DNA of 64,000 nucleotides, taken from the NCBI RefSeq assembly GCF_006345805.1, contig NC_042997.1:73966001-74030000 (forward strand). The letters are read 5' to 3'. Both the position numbers and the translations under genes were made by a program. This stretch comes from Octopus sinensis. Taxonomy: Eukaryota. Below are positions 1-11,611 of the stretch, piece after piece (the stretch's first letter is position 1; each line of letters opens with the position of its first letter). A model generated the notes under the pieces. It was not told where the DNA came from and did not search any database. It saw only the letters and a program-made list of their open reading frames with translations.

Positions 1-408
1 ACCACCTCGTCCCAGGTTTTCCTGGGTCTACCTCTTCCACAGGTTCCCTCAACTGCTAGGGTGTAGCACTTTTGCACACAACTATCTTCAGCCTTTCTCG
101 TCACATGACCATACCAGCGCAGCCGTCTCTCTTGCACGCACAACTGACGCTTCTTAGGTTCAACTTTCTCTCAAGGAACTTACACTCTGACGATTATGAA
201 CACTGACATTACACATCCATCGTAGCATACTGGCTTCATTTCTTGCGAGCTTACGCATATCCTCAGCAGTCACGGCCCATGTTTCACTACCATGTAGCAT
301 GGCTGTACGTACACATGCATCATACAGTCTGCCTTTTACTCTGAGCGAGAGGCCTTTTGTCACCAGCAGGGGTAAGAGCTCTCTAAACTTTGCCCAGGCT
401 ATTCTTAT
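1..408 (-). mobile_element. RTE-clade LINE 3' coding fragment (same family as 29918-33180)
   Basis: ORF 160-363 (GLSLRVKGRLYDACVRTAMLHGSETWAVTAEDMRKLARNE) closely matches the C-terminal region of the RTE element at 32100-32300. Confidence 0.85.
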
Positions 409-419
409 GTTATATATAA

Positions 420-1555
420 TTGAAATTTAATCACTAATGTACTTTCCCTGATTATCTATGACTTCCTTCCATCTATTTACAAGCTTTTTAATCCCATCAA
501 TGTAAAACTCTTTTGGTTTCAAAGCGAAGAACTCTCAAATGTCAGTTTCGACCTCCTCCTGGCTTGTAAAATTTATGTCCCCCAAAATGATTCTGTAAAC
601 TACAAAACAAATGGTAGTCTGAAGGAACAAGGTCAGGAGAATAAGGTGGATGAGGAATTTTTTTCCAACCAAGCTCTTCGATCTTCTGTGATGTGATCTT
701 TGCATTGTGGGGTCGTGCATTATTCTGATGAAACATCACTCCTTTTCAATTCACTAAAGCAGATCTTTTTTCTTCAAAGCTTGGTTCAAACACTCTAATT
801 GCTGACAGTAGATTTGAGCATTGATTGTTGCATTAGGTGGTAACAGTTCAAAGTGAATTTGCAATCCCATCAGATAGAGAGAAGAACCTTTTTTCCATAA
901 AGTTCCCTTCCCGGTTGTGGTTGAGCTTTTTCCCTTTTACCAAGCCACTGTTTACGATGTTTAACATTTCAATAGAAGATCCATTTTTCATCACCAGTCA
1001 CAAGTCTATCCAAAAAGGGTGAAATGAATTTGTGAGAATGGAGAGAAGAACAGATGTCAACTCAGAATTTACAGTTGCTTTCAGACAATTCATGAGGCAC
1101 CGATTTTCCAAGTTTAGGAACCTTTCCAAGTCGATGAACAGTTGTATGGTTTGAACTAAGTTTTATTGCCAATTCTTCAACTGATAATGCAGGATTTTCT
1201 TCAAGTAATGCCTCAAGGAACTTATCATAAAACTCAACTGGACATCCTGTTCGATCTTCATCTTCAAGGCTGAAATCTCCACTTCTGAATGTTGCAAACC
1301 ATCTTCTGCAAGTTCTTTCATTCAAGCATTCTTTCCCATAAACTGAGTGTATGTTTCGAGTCACTTCGGCTGCAGAGTTTCCATTTTTGTACTCATGAAG
1401 CATTGTGCCTCAAATACTCTTTGGATACTTCCATGTTAGAAAAGGTTTTAATCAAAGAAATTTTAATTTTGCTATTCTGTAAAATAATATTTAATTATTT
1501 TAAATGTAAACAAATGCATAAAAATAATCTTTAATTCCATTATACGTTCTAAAAT
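420..1555 (-). mobile_element. Decayed mariner DNA transposon
   Basis: ORF 1062-1403 is a mariner HTH region (EYKNGNSAAEVTRNIHSVYG...CRRWFATFRSGDFSLEDEDRTG). ORF 542-739 has catalytic motifs (HQNNARPH...HPPYSPDLVPSDYHLF). Frameshifted; ends approximate. Confidence 0.85.
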
Positions 1556-1614
1556 ACTATAAAATTTCATTCAATGTGAAAAAAGGTAAAGTCGGACAGA
1601 ACGTATGAGATGAC

Positions 1615-1645
<31 letters not shown>

Positions 1646-2820
1646 CCTCACACGTGACTGACTGACCGATTGCCGGCCTTTCGTGCTCAGCAGTCGTCGC
1701 GGCAAGACACATTTTTTCTCTCTCTGCCCTAAGGCATTTTTCTAACATGCCAGCTCAAAGTTTACTCATCCTGTCGAAAGACGCCTGTCTGTGACGTCCT
1801 GTTTTTGTTATTATTATTATCATTATTGTTTTTACGTATTTTTGTATTCTTATTCGTGTAACATCGTCTGTTTTTCAGTCCTTGTTTTGTATACATTCGA
1901 GGCTTTCTTCCAAGGAATCTAATGTGCTTGGCTTAGATTTTTCTTTGAGGCTGGCCAGTTCAGAGCAATCTCAAGATTAATCAGCCGAAATTGTGAGGAC
2001 GATCCAGTTCTTAACTGAAGATTGAAGGCTTCGAATGTCCCGTCTGTGTTTTTTGTATCGTCTTCTAAATGTTTTGCGTTCTTGTCCCAGTTTGTATATA
2101 TTACATATATATATATAAATAGCGGCGCCCGTACCCTTTTGGTCTTATATGTAAGTACATATTTCTTTAAACTTGGTACAACTCTATAACACTGTCTCTC
2201 TCCCCCCTCTCCTACATTTCTCTGCCTTTCACACTTTGCACTCCACTTTGATCTGTCTCTTTCTCGCTCTCTCTCTCTCTCTTCTCCTCCTCCTTTGTTC
2301 CTTGTTCCCCCTTTTCCTCTCTCTTCTCCTCCTCCTTTGTTCCTTGTTCCCCCTTTTCCTCTCTCTTCCCCTCACACGTGACTGACTGACCAATCGCCGG
2401 CCTTTCATGCTCAGCAGTCGTCCAGGCAAGACACATTTTTTCTCTCTCTGCCCTAAGGCATTTTTCTGACATGCCAGCTCAAAGTTTACTCATCCTGTCG
2501 AAAGACGCCTGTTTGTGACGTCCTGTTTTTGTTATTATTATTATCATTATTGTTTTTACGTATTTTTGTATTCTTATTCGTGTAACATCGTCCGTTTTTC
2601 TGTCCTTGTTTTGTATACATTCGAGGCTTTCTTCCAAGGAATCTAATGAGCTTGGCTTAGATTTTCCTTTGGGGCTGGCCTGATTGGAGCAATCTCAAGA
2701 TTAATCAGCCAAAATTGCGAGGATGATCTGGTTCTTGACTGAAGATTGAAGGCTTCGAATGTCCCGTCCGTGTTTTTTGTATCGTCTTCTAAATGTTTTG
2801 CATTCTTGTCCCAGTTTGTA
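1646..2820. repeat. Two ~455 bp direct repeats (1646-2100, 2370-2820) around a CT-rich tract; dispersed repeat family
   Basis: Both units begin cctcacacgtgactgactgacc and end cccagtttgtat. A diverged relative lies at about 60230-60400. Confidence 0.75.
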
Positions 2821-2826
2821 TTATTT

Positions 2827-2869
<43 letters not shown>

Positions 2870-2974
2870 ATGATATATATATACATATATATACAATTGC
2901 AGTGTGGAAGGTGTTTATAAGCCATTTAAGAAACACACAAAAGCCGTTCGATTCACTCCAGCATTTAAGTTTAA

Positions 2975-3024
2975 TTTGTCAAAATATTTTCGTTGCTAAA
3001 ATCCGCGACCTGTTCACTGACAAA
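2975..3024 (-). ncRNA. Minimal type I hammerhead-like motif, G3:C8 core variant (inverted copy, one stem II mismatch)
   Basis: Minus strand reads UUUGUCA GUGAACA G GUCGC ggauuuua GCAAC GAAA AUA UUU UGACAAA. Confidence 0.55.
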
Positions 3025-3178
3025 GTCCGTGCTGCATCTCTTGTCCCAGTTTGTATATATTACAAATATATATATAAATATATAAATTGGTCTTATATGT
3101 AAGTACATATTTCTTTAAACTTGGTACAACTCTATAACACTGTCTCTCTCCCCCTCTCCTACATTTCTCAGCACGGAC

Positions 3179-3228
3179 TTTGTCAGTGAACAGGTCGCGG
3201 ATTTTAGCGACGAAAATATTTTGACAAA
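3179..3228 (+). ncRNA. Minimal type I hammerhead-like motif, G3:C8 core variant
   Basis: Stem I UUUGUCA/UGACAAA (7 bp), core GUGAACA plus G, stem II GUCGC/GCGAC, GAAA, palindromic AAAAUAUUUU stem III region. Confidence 0.7.
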
Positions 3229-3540
3229 TTAAACTTAAATGTTGGAGTGAATCGAACGGCTTTTGTGTGTTTCTTAAATGGCTTATAAACACCTTCCACG
3301 CTGCAATTGTTTTCGTTTCAGCACACGATCTCAGATCAAATTACTTGCTATGCGAGTACATCTCCGTAATATATATATATAGCAAAAACTGTCCGATGAA
3401 CGGCAACGGGAAACTCAGAGTAACAGGTTTTGTTGAATTTTCTGCTGCTTTAAATAAAGCATATTACTCTACCACTGGTATTTGAGTACTCTTTTTTCCA
3501 CCTTGTTTCACATTTGTAGTATATATATATATACTACAAA

Positions 3541-3825
3541 ATTAGAAAATGGAGAAACATACTTAAATCAATCAAACATCAACCATCAGATGATACCCAA
3601 TCAATACTTTATTACACCATTACATAACAGCAAAGGCATTATACAAAATATATTGTAAATATAATTAGACAAGGAAATAGAAATATAAAATATAAAATAT
3701 AATATATAATTATATCATATCTGACAGCTGTTTCGGCCGTAAAGGCAATTATGCCTCATTTAACCTATAAGCCATATAAGGCAGTTATCCCATGGTGGGT
3801 TGAATTCTCAACCCCTATCTCATTT

Positions 3826-3830
<5 letters not shown>
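3541..3830 (-). mobile_element. PLE pseudo-LTR fragment retaining the 3' half of a hammerhead (GGCC GAAAC AGCU GUC at 3723-3738)
   Basis: Minus strand reads ggccgaaacagctgtcagatat; the CUGANGA half is not intact. Confidence 0.4.
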
Positions 3831-3887
<57 letters not shown>

Positions 3888-3964
3888 CATTATATTTATA
3901 CAATAAATATCTCTTTATGTAAATAAACCAAGTTGGGAAGAAAAAATATGGTTTAAGAATGTTT

Positions 3965-6535
3965 AATTAATGTGTGTGTGAGAAAAATGTACCCCCAGTA
4001 TAGATTAGTCATTAGTGACTTTAGACTTCAGGCCAGAAGGATTCTAAGAAGGGGACCAATCTGGAAAAGAAGGATTTGGAAGCTTAATGATCTTTTAAAT
4101 GATCTGAGATTTAGGGACACCCTAACTGAGAAATTAAACGCAAAGGAGGAAATACAGACTTGTAACAGAGAGGGCAACTGGAAGTTCCTACAGGACAGCT
4201 TGCTGTACACCACTAACCAAATCTGTGGCTAGTGCAAAGTCCCAACCAGCCCTAGGGTGATGTGTGTGATACAAAGTATGACTTGAAGAGTAATATTGTA
4301 CAGGTAATAATCTTAGATGGACAGACTTATACAGAGAATCCTTCTTATCACTTAATCCTAAAGGCATGACTACATCCACTTAATCCTAAAGGCCATTAGA
4401 GTGAAGAAAAAGGCGTGGAGGGACTGGAAGAATGATGGTAGCAGAGAACTATATCAGGTAACTAGCAGAAAGGCTAGAAGACAGATATACTTAGCCAGGG
4501 CAGAAGCAGAAAGGAGGAAGTTTGCCAATGTTCTGCGATGTGAGGACCAGAGGCTTGAAGTGTTTTGGATTGCATTATAGAATTTCAGAGAAAATTGTGA
4601 TGTGGTAGGAGAGAAATGTGTTTACATGGATGATGGCACACTTACAGTTAGAAATTCTGCAAAGAAGGATGCTTGCAAGTGCCACCATGAAAGGTTGCTA
4701 AATGTAGAGAATGCATTGGAGAAGGAGAGCCTGTCTAATGTGGCTCCAACAGAGGAGCCATTCAAATCAATAGTAGCTTAGCAGGTAAAGCAATTAAGGA
4801 TATGAAGATGAAAAGCCTCCAGCCCATCAGCAATCTATGCAAAGATGCTTAAAATATCTGGTAGAGTGGGATATGACTGGTCACCCATATAGTTAATCAG
4901 GTTGTCCATGAGGAAATCATTCCCATTGATTGGTGTGGTAGCATTACAGTGAACAGTAACAAAGGCAAAGGGGATGCCCTAGCAGAGGATGGAAGTTACA
5001 GAAAGGGTCATAGCTCAATTAATTAGGAAGAGAGTTAGCATAGATGAGATGTAGTTTGGATTTATACCATCAATGTTATCTTCCTGGTGAGGCAACTACA
5101 GGAGAAATATTTGGCCAAAAATAAACTTCTGTACTTGGCTTCTGCCAACATGGAGAAAGCCTTTGATAAGGTCCTCTGCTCCTTTATCTGGTGGGCAGTG
5201 CAGAAGTTAGGGATAATTGAGTGATTACTGAGAGCTAAAAGCCATGTACAGGGATAATGTTAGCAAGGTGAGAGTCAACAATGAGTATACCAAGTAGGAG
5301 TCCACTAGGGTTCAGTTCTTAGCCCCTTCTTATTTATTATGGTCCCCCAAGCTATAACTGGGGAATTTAAGACTGATCTTGTTGTCATTGCTGAATCACT
5401 ACCAGAACTAGATAATGGGAAAACAAACAAACCACAGATCTCTTCAGGGATATAGCCCTGCTTGATATGTAGAAAAAAATGTTGGAAGAAACTCCATAAG
5501 GTGTACCCTGTGCAAGCTATGGACACATAAGATGTGCAGTGATATCACTGGAAGACTAACTGAGAAAGTAGTCTTTACATGTGGCAGATGTGCAGGTACA
5601 TTAAATGCCAGAAATGTACAACAAAACAAACTCCCTCAGTTTCTGTTACCTCGGTGACTAAGTTAGTTGTTGGGGAGGTTGTTCTGAAAACATAGCTGCT
5701 AGAATAAGAATAAGCTGGGAAAAGTTCAGAGAGCTACTACCTCTGTTAGTAAAGATAGGCTTCTTCCTCAGAGTGAAAGGCAGATTGCATGATGCCTGTG
5801 TACGAACAGCTATGCTACATGTCAGTGAAACATAAGCTGTGACTGGTAATAATATTCAGAGGCTTGAAAAATACAGCCAGCATGCTCAGCTTGATGGGTA
5901 AATGTCAGTGTGCATATATGACAGAGTGTAAGTGATCTGAGAGAAAACTGGTAGATGGTATATGGTAGATGTAGTGTGCAAAAGAGAAGACTTCGCTAGT
6001 ATGGCTATGTACTGCATATGAATGAAGACAGTTGCACCAAGAGGTGACAATTTCTAATTGTAGAAGAAACATATGGAAGGGGTAAACCCAAGAAGACATG
6101 AGACAAAGTGGTGAGAAAGGATCTACAGATGTTGGAACTCACAGAGGGAATGACTGAGATTGCTGGTGGCTTACTGTGCTTGAAAAGACACGTCAAGCTA
6201 AGTAAAAGCATGGTTGTCCTTGCATTCAGGCTTGTTCCATGCATTCCTCTCCAGATGAACATTCCTAATCTTGTGGGCTCGTAGGTGCTGGTGCCATGTA
6301 AAAAGCACCAATATTGGTGCCACATAAACACACCCATACTGGTGCTGCATAAAGGCACCCAGTACACTCTGTAAAGTGATTGGCATTAGGAAGGGCATCT
6401 ATCCATAGAAACCATGCCAAAACAGACATAGAATCTGGGAAGCTCTTCAGCTGGCCAGCTTCTGTCAAACCAGTCAACCCATGTCAGCATGGAAAATGGA
6501 TGTTAAATGATGATGATGGTACTGATGATGATGAT
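3965..6535 (+). mobile_element. Heavily decayed RTE LINE with 3' tail ending in (ATG)n
   Basis: Collinear similarity to 30230-33180 (PQYRLVISDF, RT region, PHD-like cysteines near 5500-5590, the catalytic-to-C-terminal part, and the gtgctggtgcc...ggaagggcatc...atgatgatg tail). Many stops and deletions. Confidence 0.85.
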
Positions 6536-6553
6536 GATATATATATATATATA

Positions 6554-6585
<32 letters not shown>

Positions 6586-6606
6586 ATATATATTATATAT
6601 ATATAT

Positions 6607-7136
6607 ATATGAATAAAAAATGGAGTTAACGCAGGTTTAAACAAGTATTTTTACTTTCTACATATGTTTCGAAAATTCCACTGATACTATTCAAAAGAAT
6701 AAATGGTATAAACAATGCAATCTTCTCTTCAGGAAAGTGAAAAAACAAAACTCGTCAATACAACATTTTAGCAAAAAATGATGGATTCGTATAGCGATAG
6801 ACAGAACACTATTAATATTGTTTAAAAAAACATTATATGATATAACGTCATAAGTAGCTAACAGAAAGAGTAGGGATATTAATAGTGAATGTTAAATATA
6901 AAGGAAATTAAAGTTTAAACTATATATAATGATAGAGACTACTTATATGCACTAAAAGTATGTTTCTGCCAATGCTTACATCTGTATGCTCGTTCTATAA
7001 CCGTGTTTACTAGAGTATTTTTAGAAAAAATAATGAAAAATAGCTCAGAATTGCAGAGAAGACAGAATTTTCGAAACATATGTAGAAAGTAAAAATACTT
7101 GTTTAAACCTGCGTTAACTCCATTTTTTATTCATAT
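6607..7136 (-). mobile_element. Short PLE-derived element with 72 bp identical inverted ends (6607-6678 / 7065-7136)
   Basis: Arms checked base by base as exact reverse complements. The left end carries a complete hammerhead. Confidence 0.7.
6653..6738 (-). ncRNA. Canonical minimal type I hammerhead ribozyme (predicted cleavage after GUA, between 6659 and 6658)
   Basis: Minus strand: stem I ACUUUC (6738-6733)/GAAAGU (6658-6653), CUGAAGA (6732-6726), stem II GAAGAUU/AAUUUUC, GAAA, C-AUAU-G (palindromic loop), UA. Confidence 0.85.
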
Positions 7137-7268
7137 TATTCAAAACATTCAACGTAAACACGAAGTTTCAACCTTTATAAACAAGGAGTTACAACATCTT
7201 TACTTGTGAGATTTTGCTGCTATTTATTTATTTTTCCGTGTTAATTGTTAACAAGGTAAAATACACTC

Positions 7269-7317
<49 letters not shown>

Positions 7318-7340
7318 ATACATATATATAATATATGTAT

Positions 7341-7727
7341 ATTAGGTGCAGGAGTGGCTGTAAGTAGCTTGCTAACCAACTACATGGTTCCAGGTTCAGT
7401 CCCACTGCGTGACATCTTGGGCAAGTGTCTTCTGCTATAGCCCCGGGCCAACCAATGCCTTGTGAGTGGATTTGGTAGACGGAAACTAAAAGAAGCCTGT
7501 CGTATATATGTATATATATATATATATAAGTGTGTGTGTATATGTTTGTGTGTCTGTGTTTGTCCCCCAAGCATTGCTTGACAACCGATGCTGGTGTGTT
7601 TACGTCCCCGTCACTTAGCGGTTTGGCAAAGGGCTTACAAAGAATAAGTCCCAGGGTCGATTTGCTCGACTAAAGGCGGTGCTCCAGCATGGCTGCAGTC
7701 AAATGACTGAAACAAGTAAAAGAGTAA
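7341..7727 (+). mobile_element. tRNA-derived SINE (Octopus-type)
   Basis: ggtgcaggagtggctg...ggttcagtcccactg...gggcaagtgtcttc...gtggatttggtagacggaaact...gtcaaatgactgaaacaagtaaaag; many copies in the window. Confidence 0.8.
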
Positions 7728-7732
7728 TATAC

Positions 7733-7764
<32 letters not shown>

Positions 7765-7809
7765 ATAATATATATATATAATATATATATATATAATATA
7801 TAATATATA

Positions 7810-7851
<42 letters not shown>

Positions 7852-7965
7852 ATATTTCGGAATGGTCATATTGCCAGTTTAGCCAATACAAACACACGCA
7901 CTATATATTTGGTGTTATTTTGCTTCAGTGATATTTATTTTTTACATTAATCTTAATCTTATTTC

Positions 7966-8010
7966 GGCCAAAGTTCTTTCGTCACACTCCTGTGACCGCA
8001 TCAGTGGTCC
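7966..8010 (-). ncRNA. Hammerhead-like motif in the inverted PLE arm
   Basis: Minus strand reads ggacca CUGAUGCG GUCAC aggagu GUGAC GAAA G AA C UU UGGCC. Confidence 0.45.
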
Positions 8011-8349
8011 TTTGTTTTCTTCTCACTTATTTGTGTCTCTCCTTACTAACCGTCAGCCATTTTGTATTTCTATTGTATGTCTTCATTTGCGCATGCGTAT
8101 ATCTCTATGTGCGTCTACGTTTATTTAGTGTGTGTGTGGGGGGGATGCCTGTAATATTTGTATCTTCTGTTTATATACATTCTTGTAATTTGTATTTTGT
8201 ATTTTGTTTTAGTTGTTGTTGCTTTTGTTCTAATTTTGTTCATGTGTTTACATCCACCCATTATTATCATTACATATGCTTGTATGTATGTATAACAACA
8301 ATATTAGTAATAATAATAATAAATCTAATCGAAAAAAAAAAAATATATA

Positions 8350-8390
<41 letters not shown>

Positions 8391-8739
8391 TATATACACA
8401 TATACATATATATATATATACACATATACATACATAGATATATATATACATATATATAGTTATTCATTTCTATTTGTTTATTTATCTGTGTATTTATTAT
8501 GTTTTCAGGATCCTCTATCGTCATATGTTGTGGTGTGTGCTATTGCTCCATTCTAGTTTTCTATTCAGGCTAGGTTTATTTTCTATTATATGTGTAGCTT
8601 CTGTAATTTGTCTAATTGTTGCATCTGTTCTATGTGTGGACAATATCTTAATCTCTATGTTATTGATTGATCCCCCATGTTCCTGTTCGGCGTGTTGGTA
8701 CAGAATCGATGAGCTTTTACCTTCCTTGAGTTGTCTCCA

Positions 8740-10777
8740 TATCGCCAATACAAAAGTAACAACTGTACAGGCGCATGAGGAGAGAGAAAAGGTCCTCAAT
8801 GCCCACATGATGATGTGGACAATTGTTCTGGGACCCCAGAAACGTACTGCAAAGAATTTCCAAGCCTGGAACAATGATATCCCGGCACTGTATGGACTTC
8901 GCAAGGACCATAAAGTTTTTACTGACCCTATAGCAGGACCACCAACAAGACCAGTCTGTGGAGCGAATATCGCTAGCAATTACAGAATCTCCTACTTCCT
9001 CTCAATGATCATACGCCCTATAATCAGGATGTCACCTGATGTATGTGACAGCACAGAAGATCTCCTAAGCAGGATCAGTGACTGAAACAAAACTTGTGAC
9101 TTGACAGTATGTATAGTAGGTAGCATGGATGTGGTATCCCTATACCCATCAATTGACGTAGATTTTGCAGTGGAGAAGTGCGTGGAGATGATCAACGAGA
9201 GCCAGGTGGAGTTCTGTAATGTCGACACAGAAGAACTGGGCCTCCTACTTAGACTGACATATAGTAATGAATACTTAGATAAACATAATCTTAGTAGTTT
9301 CTGCCCCAGTAGATGTTTAAGAGGTAGACCGCCTACAATTATTTCTATGGCTAGGAAGACACATATAGAAAGATGGCGCGGATGGACCAGAGCCGTACGG
9401 AGCCCCGCAAATGTCCATCAGTTAAAGAAAATGATCGCACATGCACTAGGAGCTAGTATAAGAGTTACCCTAAAAGGCCACACATTTAAATTTAATAATA
9501 AAATATATGCCTAGGACGAGGGGGCAGCGATCGGTGTTAGTATCGCTGGTGATGTGGCCAACCTCTTCATGGTATGGTGGGACAGAAGGCTTAAAGAATG
9601 CCTACTGCAGAAATCCATACTCGTAAACATGTACTCTCGCTATGTTGATGATATCAACATAGTAGTAAAGGCACCCCCACAAGAGAGTAATGTTGATATA
9701 GTAATAGAAACTAATACTATGGAGAGCATCCAGCAAATAGCTAACTCCATCCACCAGAGTATTAAGGTCACAATAGACTACCCCACTAAACACCCCAACC
9801 ATAGACTACCAGTACTAGACACTGAACTCTGGCTAAAATAAAACCCAAATTCTTCATTCATACTATGCAAAACCTATGGCCTCAAAATACCTGATCCACC
9901 GGAACTCAGCCATTGCGGGCAATGCCAAATTCAATATTTTGATGGCAGACCTAGTCAGAATAATGAGAAATGTGTCACGCATGTGCGAGCCTACAGAATT
10001 AAAGAGACACATACAGTATTTCATTCACCGCATGCAGTTCTCAGGTTACAGCCATAAAGAAAGGATCAGAGTATACAAAGGAGCCATGAAGAAATTTGAT
10101 AATATATTATGTAATGATAGGAATGGGATTTGCCCAATCTATAGGAACAAGTCATGGAACACTATAGAAAGGACAAAAAAGAAAATAGGGAAGGCCAACT
10201 CTTGGTATGATAGCCATAAATACCAGAGTGTCATGTTCGTTGACACCACCCCTGGAGGTGAACTGGCGTACCGCTTTAGAAGGACCCTAGATAAACTTAA
10301 ACTAAGAATTAAGGTTGTTGAAAAGCCAGGCAACCCTATCAGATCTATAATTGGTAGAACCTATCCTTTTAGTAGAGCCCTCTGTACGGATAACTATTGC
10401 ACTGTATGTAGATTTAGCCCACAAACAAACTGTAAAGCCAGAAATGTAGTCTATAGTATAAGATGTATAGAGGGACGATGCAGTAACAAGACAGTAACAT
10501 ACGTAGGGGAAACAGCAAGAAGCATTGGAGAGCGGGTGAATGAACATTGGAGACAACTCAAGGAAAACTCAAGGAAGGTAAAAGCTCATCGATTCTGTAC
10601 CAACACGCCGAACAGGAACATGGGGGATCAATCAATAACATAGAGATTAAGATATTGTCCACACATAGAACAGATGCAACAATTAGACAAATTACAGAAG
10701 CTACACATATAATAGAAAATAAACCTAGCCTGAATAGAAAACTAGAATGGAGCAATAGCACACACCACAACATATGA
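8740..10777 (+). pseudogene. Disrupted PLE reverse transcriptase-GIY-YIG endonuclease ORF
   Basis: In-frame stops ending at 9085, 9514 and 9841, a frameshift near 9841-9876, and an 11 nt tandem duplication (aactcaaggaa at 10555-10565 and 10566-10576) that shifts the frame. Confidence 0.9.
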
Positions 10778-10901
10778 CGATAGAGGATCCTGAAAACATA
10801 ATAAATACACAGATAAATAAACAAATAGAAATGAATAACTATATATATGTATATATATCTATGTATGTATATGTGTATATATATATATATGTATATGTGT
10901 A

Positions 10902-10946
<45 letters not shown>

Positions 10947-11269
10947 TTTGATTAGATTTATTATTATTATTACTAATATTGTTGTTATACATACATACAA
11001 GCATATGTAATGATAATAATGGGTGGATGTAAACACATGAACAAAATTAGAACAAAAGCAACAACAACAAAAACAAAATACAAAATACAAATTACAAGAA
11101 TGTATATAAACAGAAGATACAAATATTACAGGCATCCCCCCCACACACACACTAAATAAACGTAGACGCACATAGAGATATACGCATGCGCAAATGAAGA
11201 CATACAATAGAAATACAAAATGGCTGACAGTTAGTAAGGAGAGACACAAATAAGTGAGAAGAAAACAAA

Positions 11270-11314
11270 GGACCACTGATGCGGTCACTGGAGTGTGACG
11301 AAAGAACTTTGGCC
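11270..11314 (+). ncRNA. Hammerhead-like motif in the PLE 3' UTR/pseudo-LTR (C at position 9, non-canonical)
   Basis: ggacca CUGAUGCG GUCAC uggagu GUGAC GAAA G AA C UU UGGCC, sense to the element and ~500 nt after the GIY-YIG stop. Confidence 0.5.
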
Positions 11315-11579
11315 GAAATAAGATTAAGATTAATGTAAAAAATAAATATCACTGAAGCAAAATAACACCAAATATATAGTGCGTGTGTTTGTATTGGCTA
11401 AACTGGCAATATGACCATTCCGAAATATAACAATATCTGTTTCAACACACGACTTCACATAAAAAATCTTGCACAACAAATATTTAAACGTACTATATAA
11501 TATATATATAATATATATATATATCCATATACAGCTGTGTGTGTGTGTGGTGTGCATGTGTTGTGCTTGTGTGTGTTTG

Positions 11580-11611
<32 letters not shown>

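Larger units (their letters stand above)
2894..3540 (+). mobile_element. Non-autonomous PLE-derived (pseudo-LTR-like) element with an inverted 5' copy
   Basis: 2894-3036 is the reverse complement of 3169-3309. Both arms contain a hammerhead-like motif. A related copy lies at 15683-15856. Confidence 0.6.
7844..11436 (+). mobile_element. 5'-truncated Penelope-like retroelement (RT + GIY-YIG) with an ~890 bp inverted copy of its 3' end (7844-8739 vs 10548-11436)
   Basis: PLE RT motifs (YGLRKDHK, RPV, SMDVVSLYPSI, GAAIG, RYVDD at 9641-9652), a Cys-rich linker and GIY-YIG (NVVYSIRC...YVGET...ERVNEH). The arms give mirrored ORF translations in the supplied track. Confidence 0.9.

Noticed and set aside
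1940-2040. Possible hammerheads in the 455 bp direct repeats (ggctg...cagcc gaaa; ctgaaga...cttcgaatgtc)
   Set aside because: No intact CUGANGA adjacent to the stem and no valid stem III/UH or stem I; too degenerate to support.
7844-11436. Long terminal inverted repeats suggesting a DNA or foldback transposon
   Set aside because: The arms consist of the PLE GIY-YIG tail and 3' UTR, and the interior encodes RT, not a transposase.
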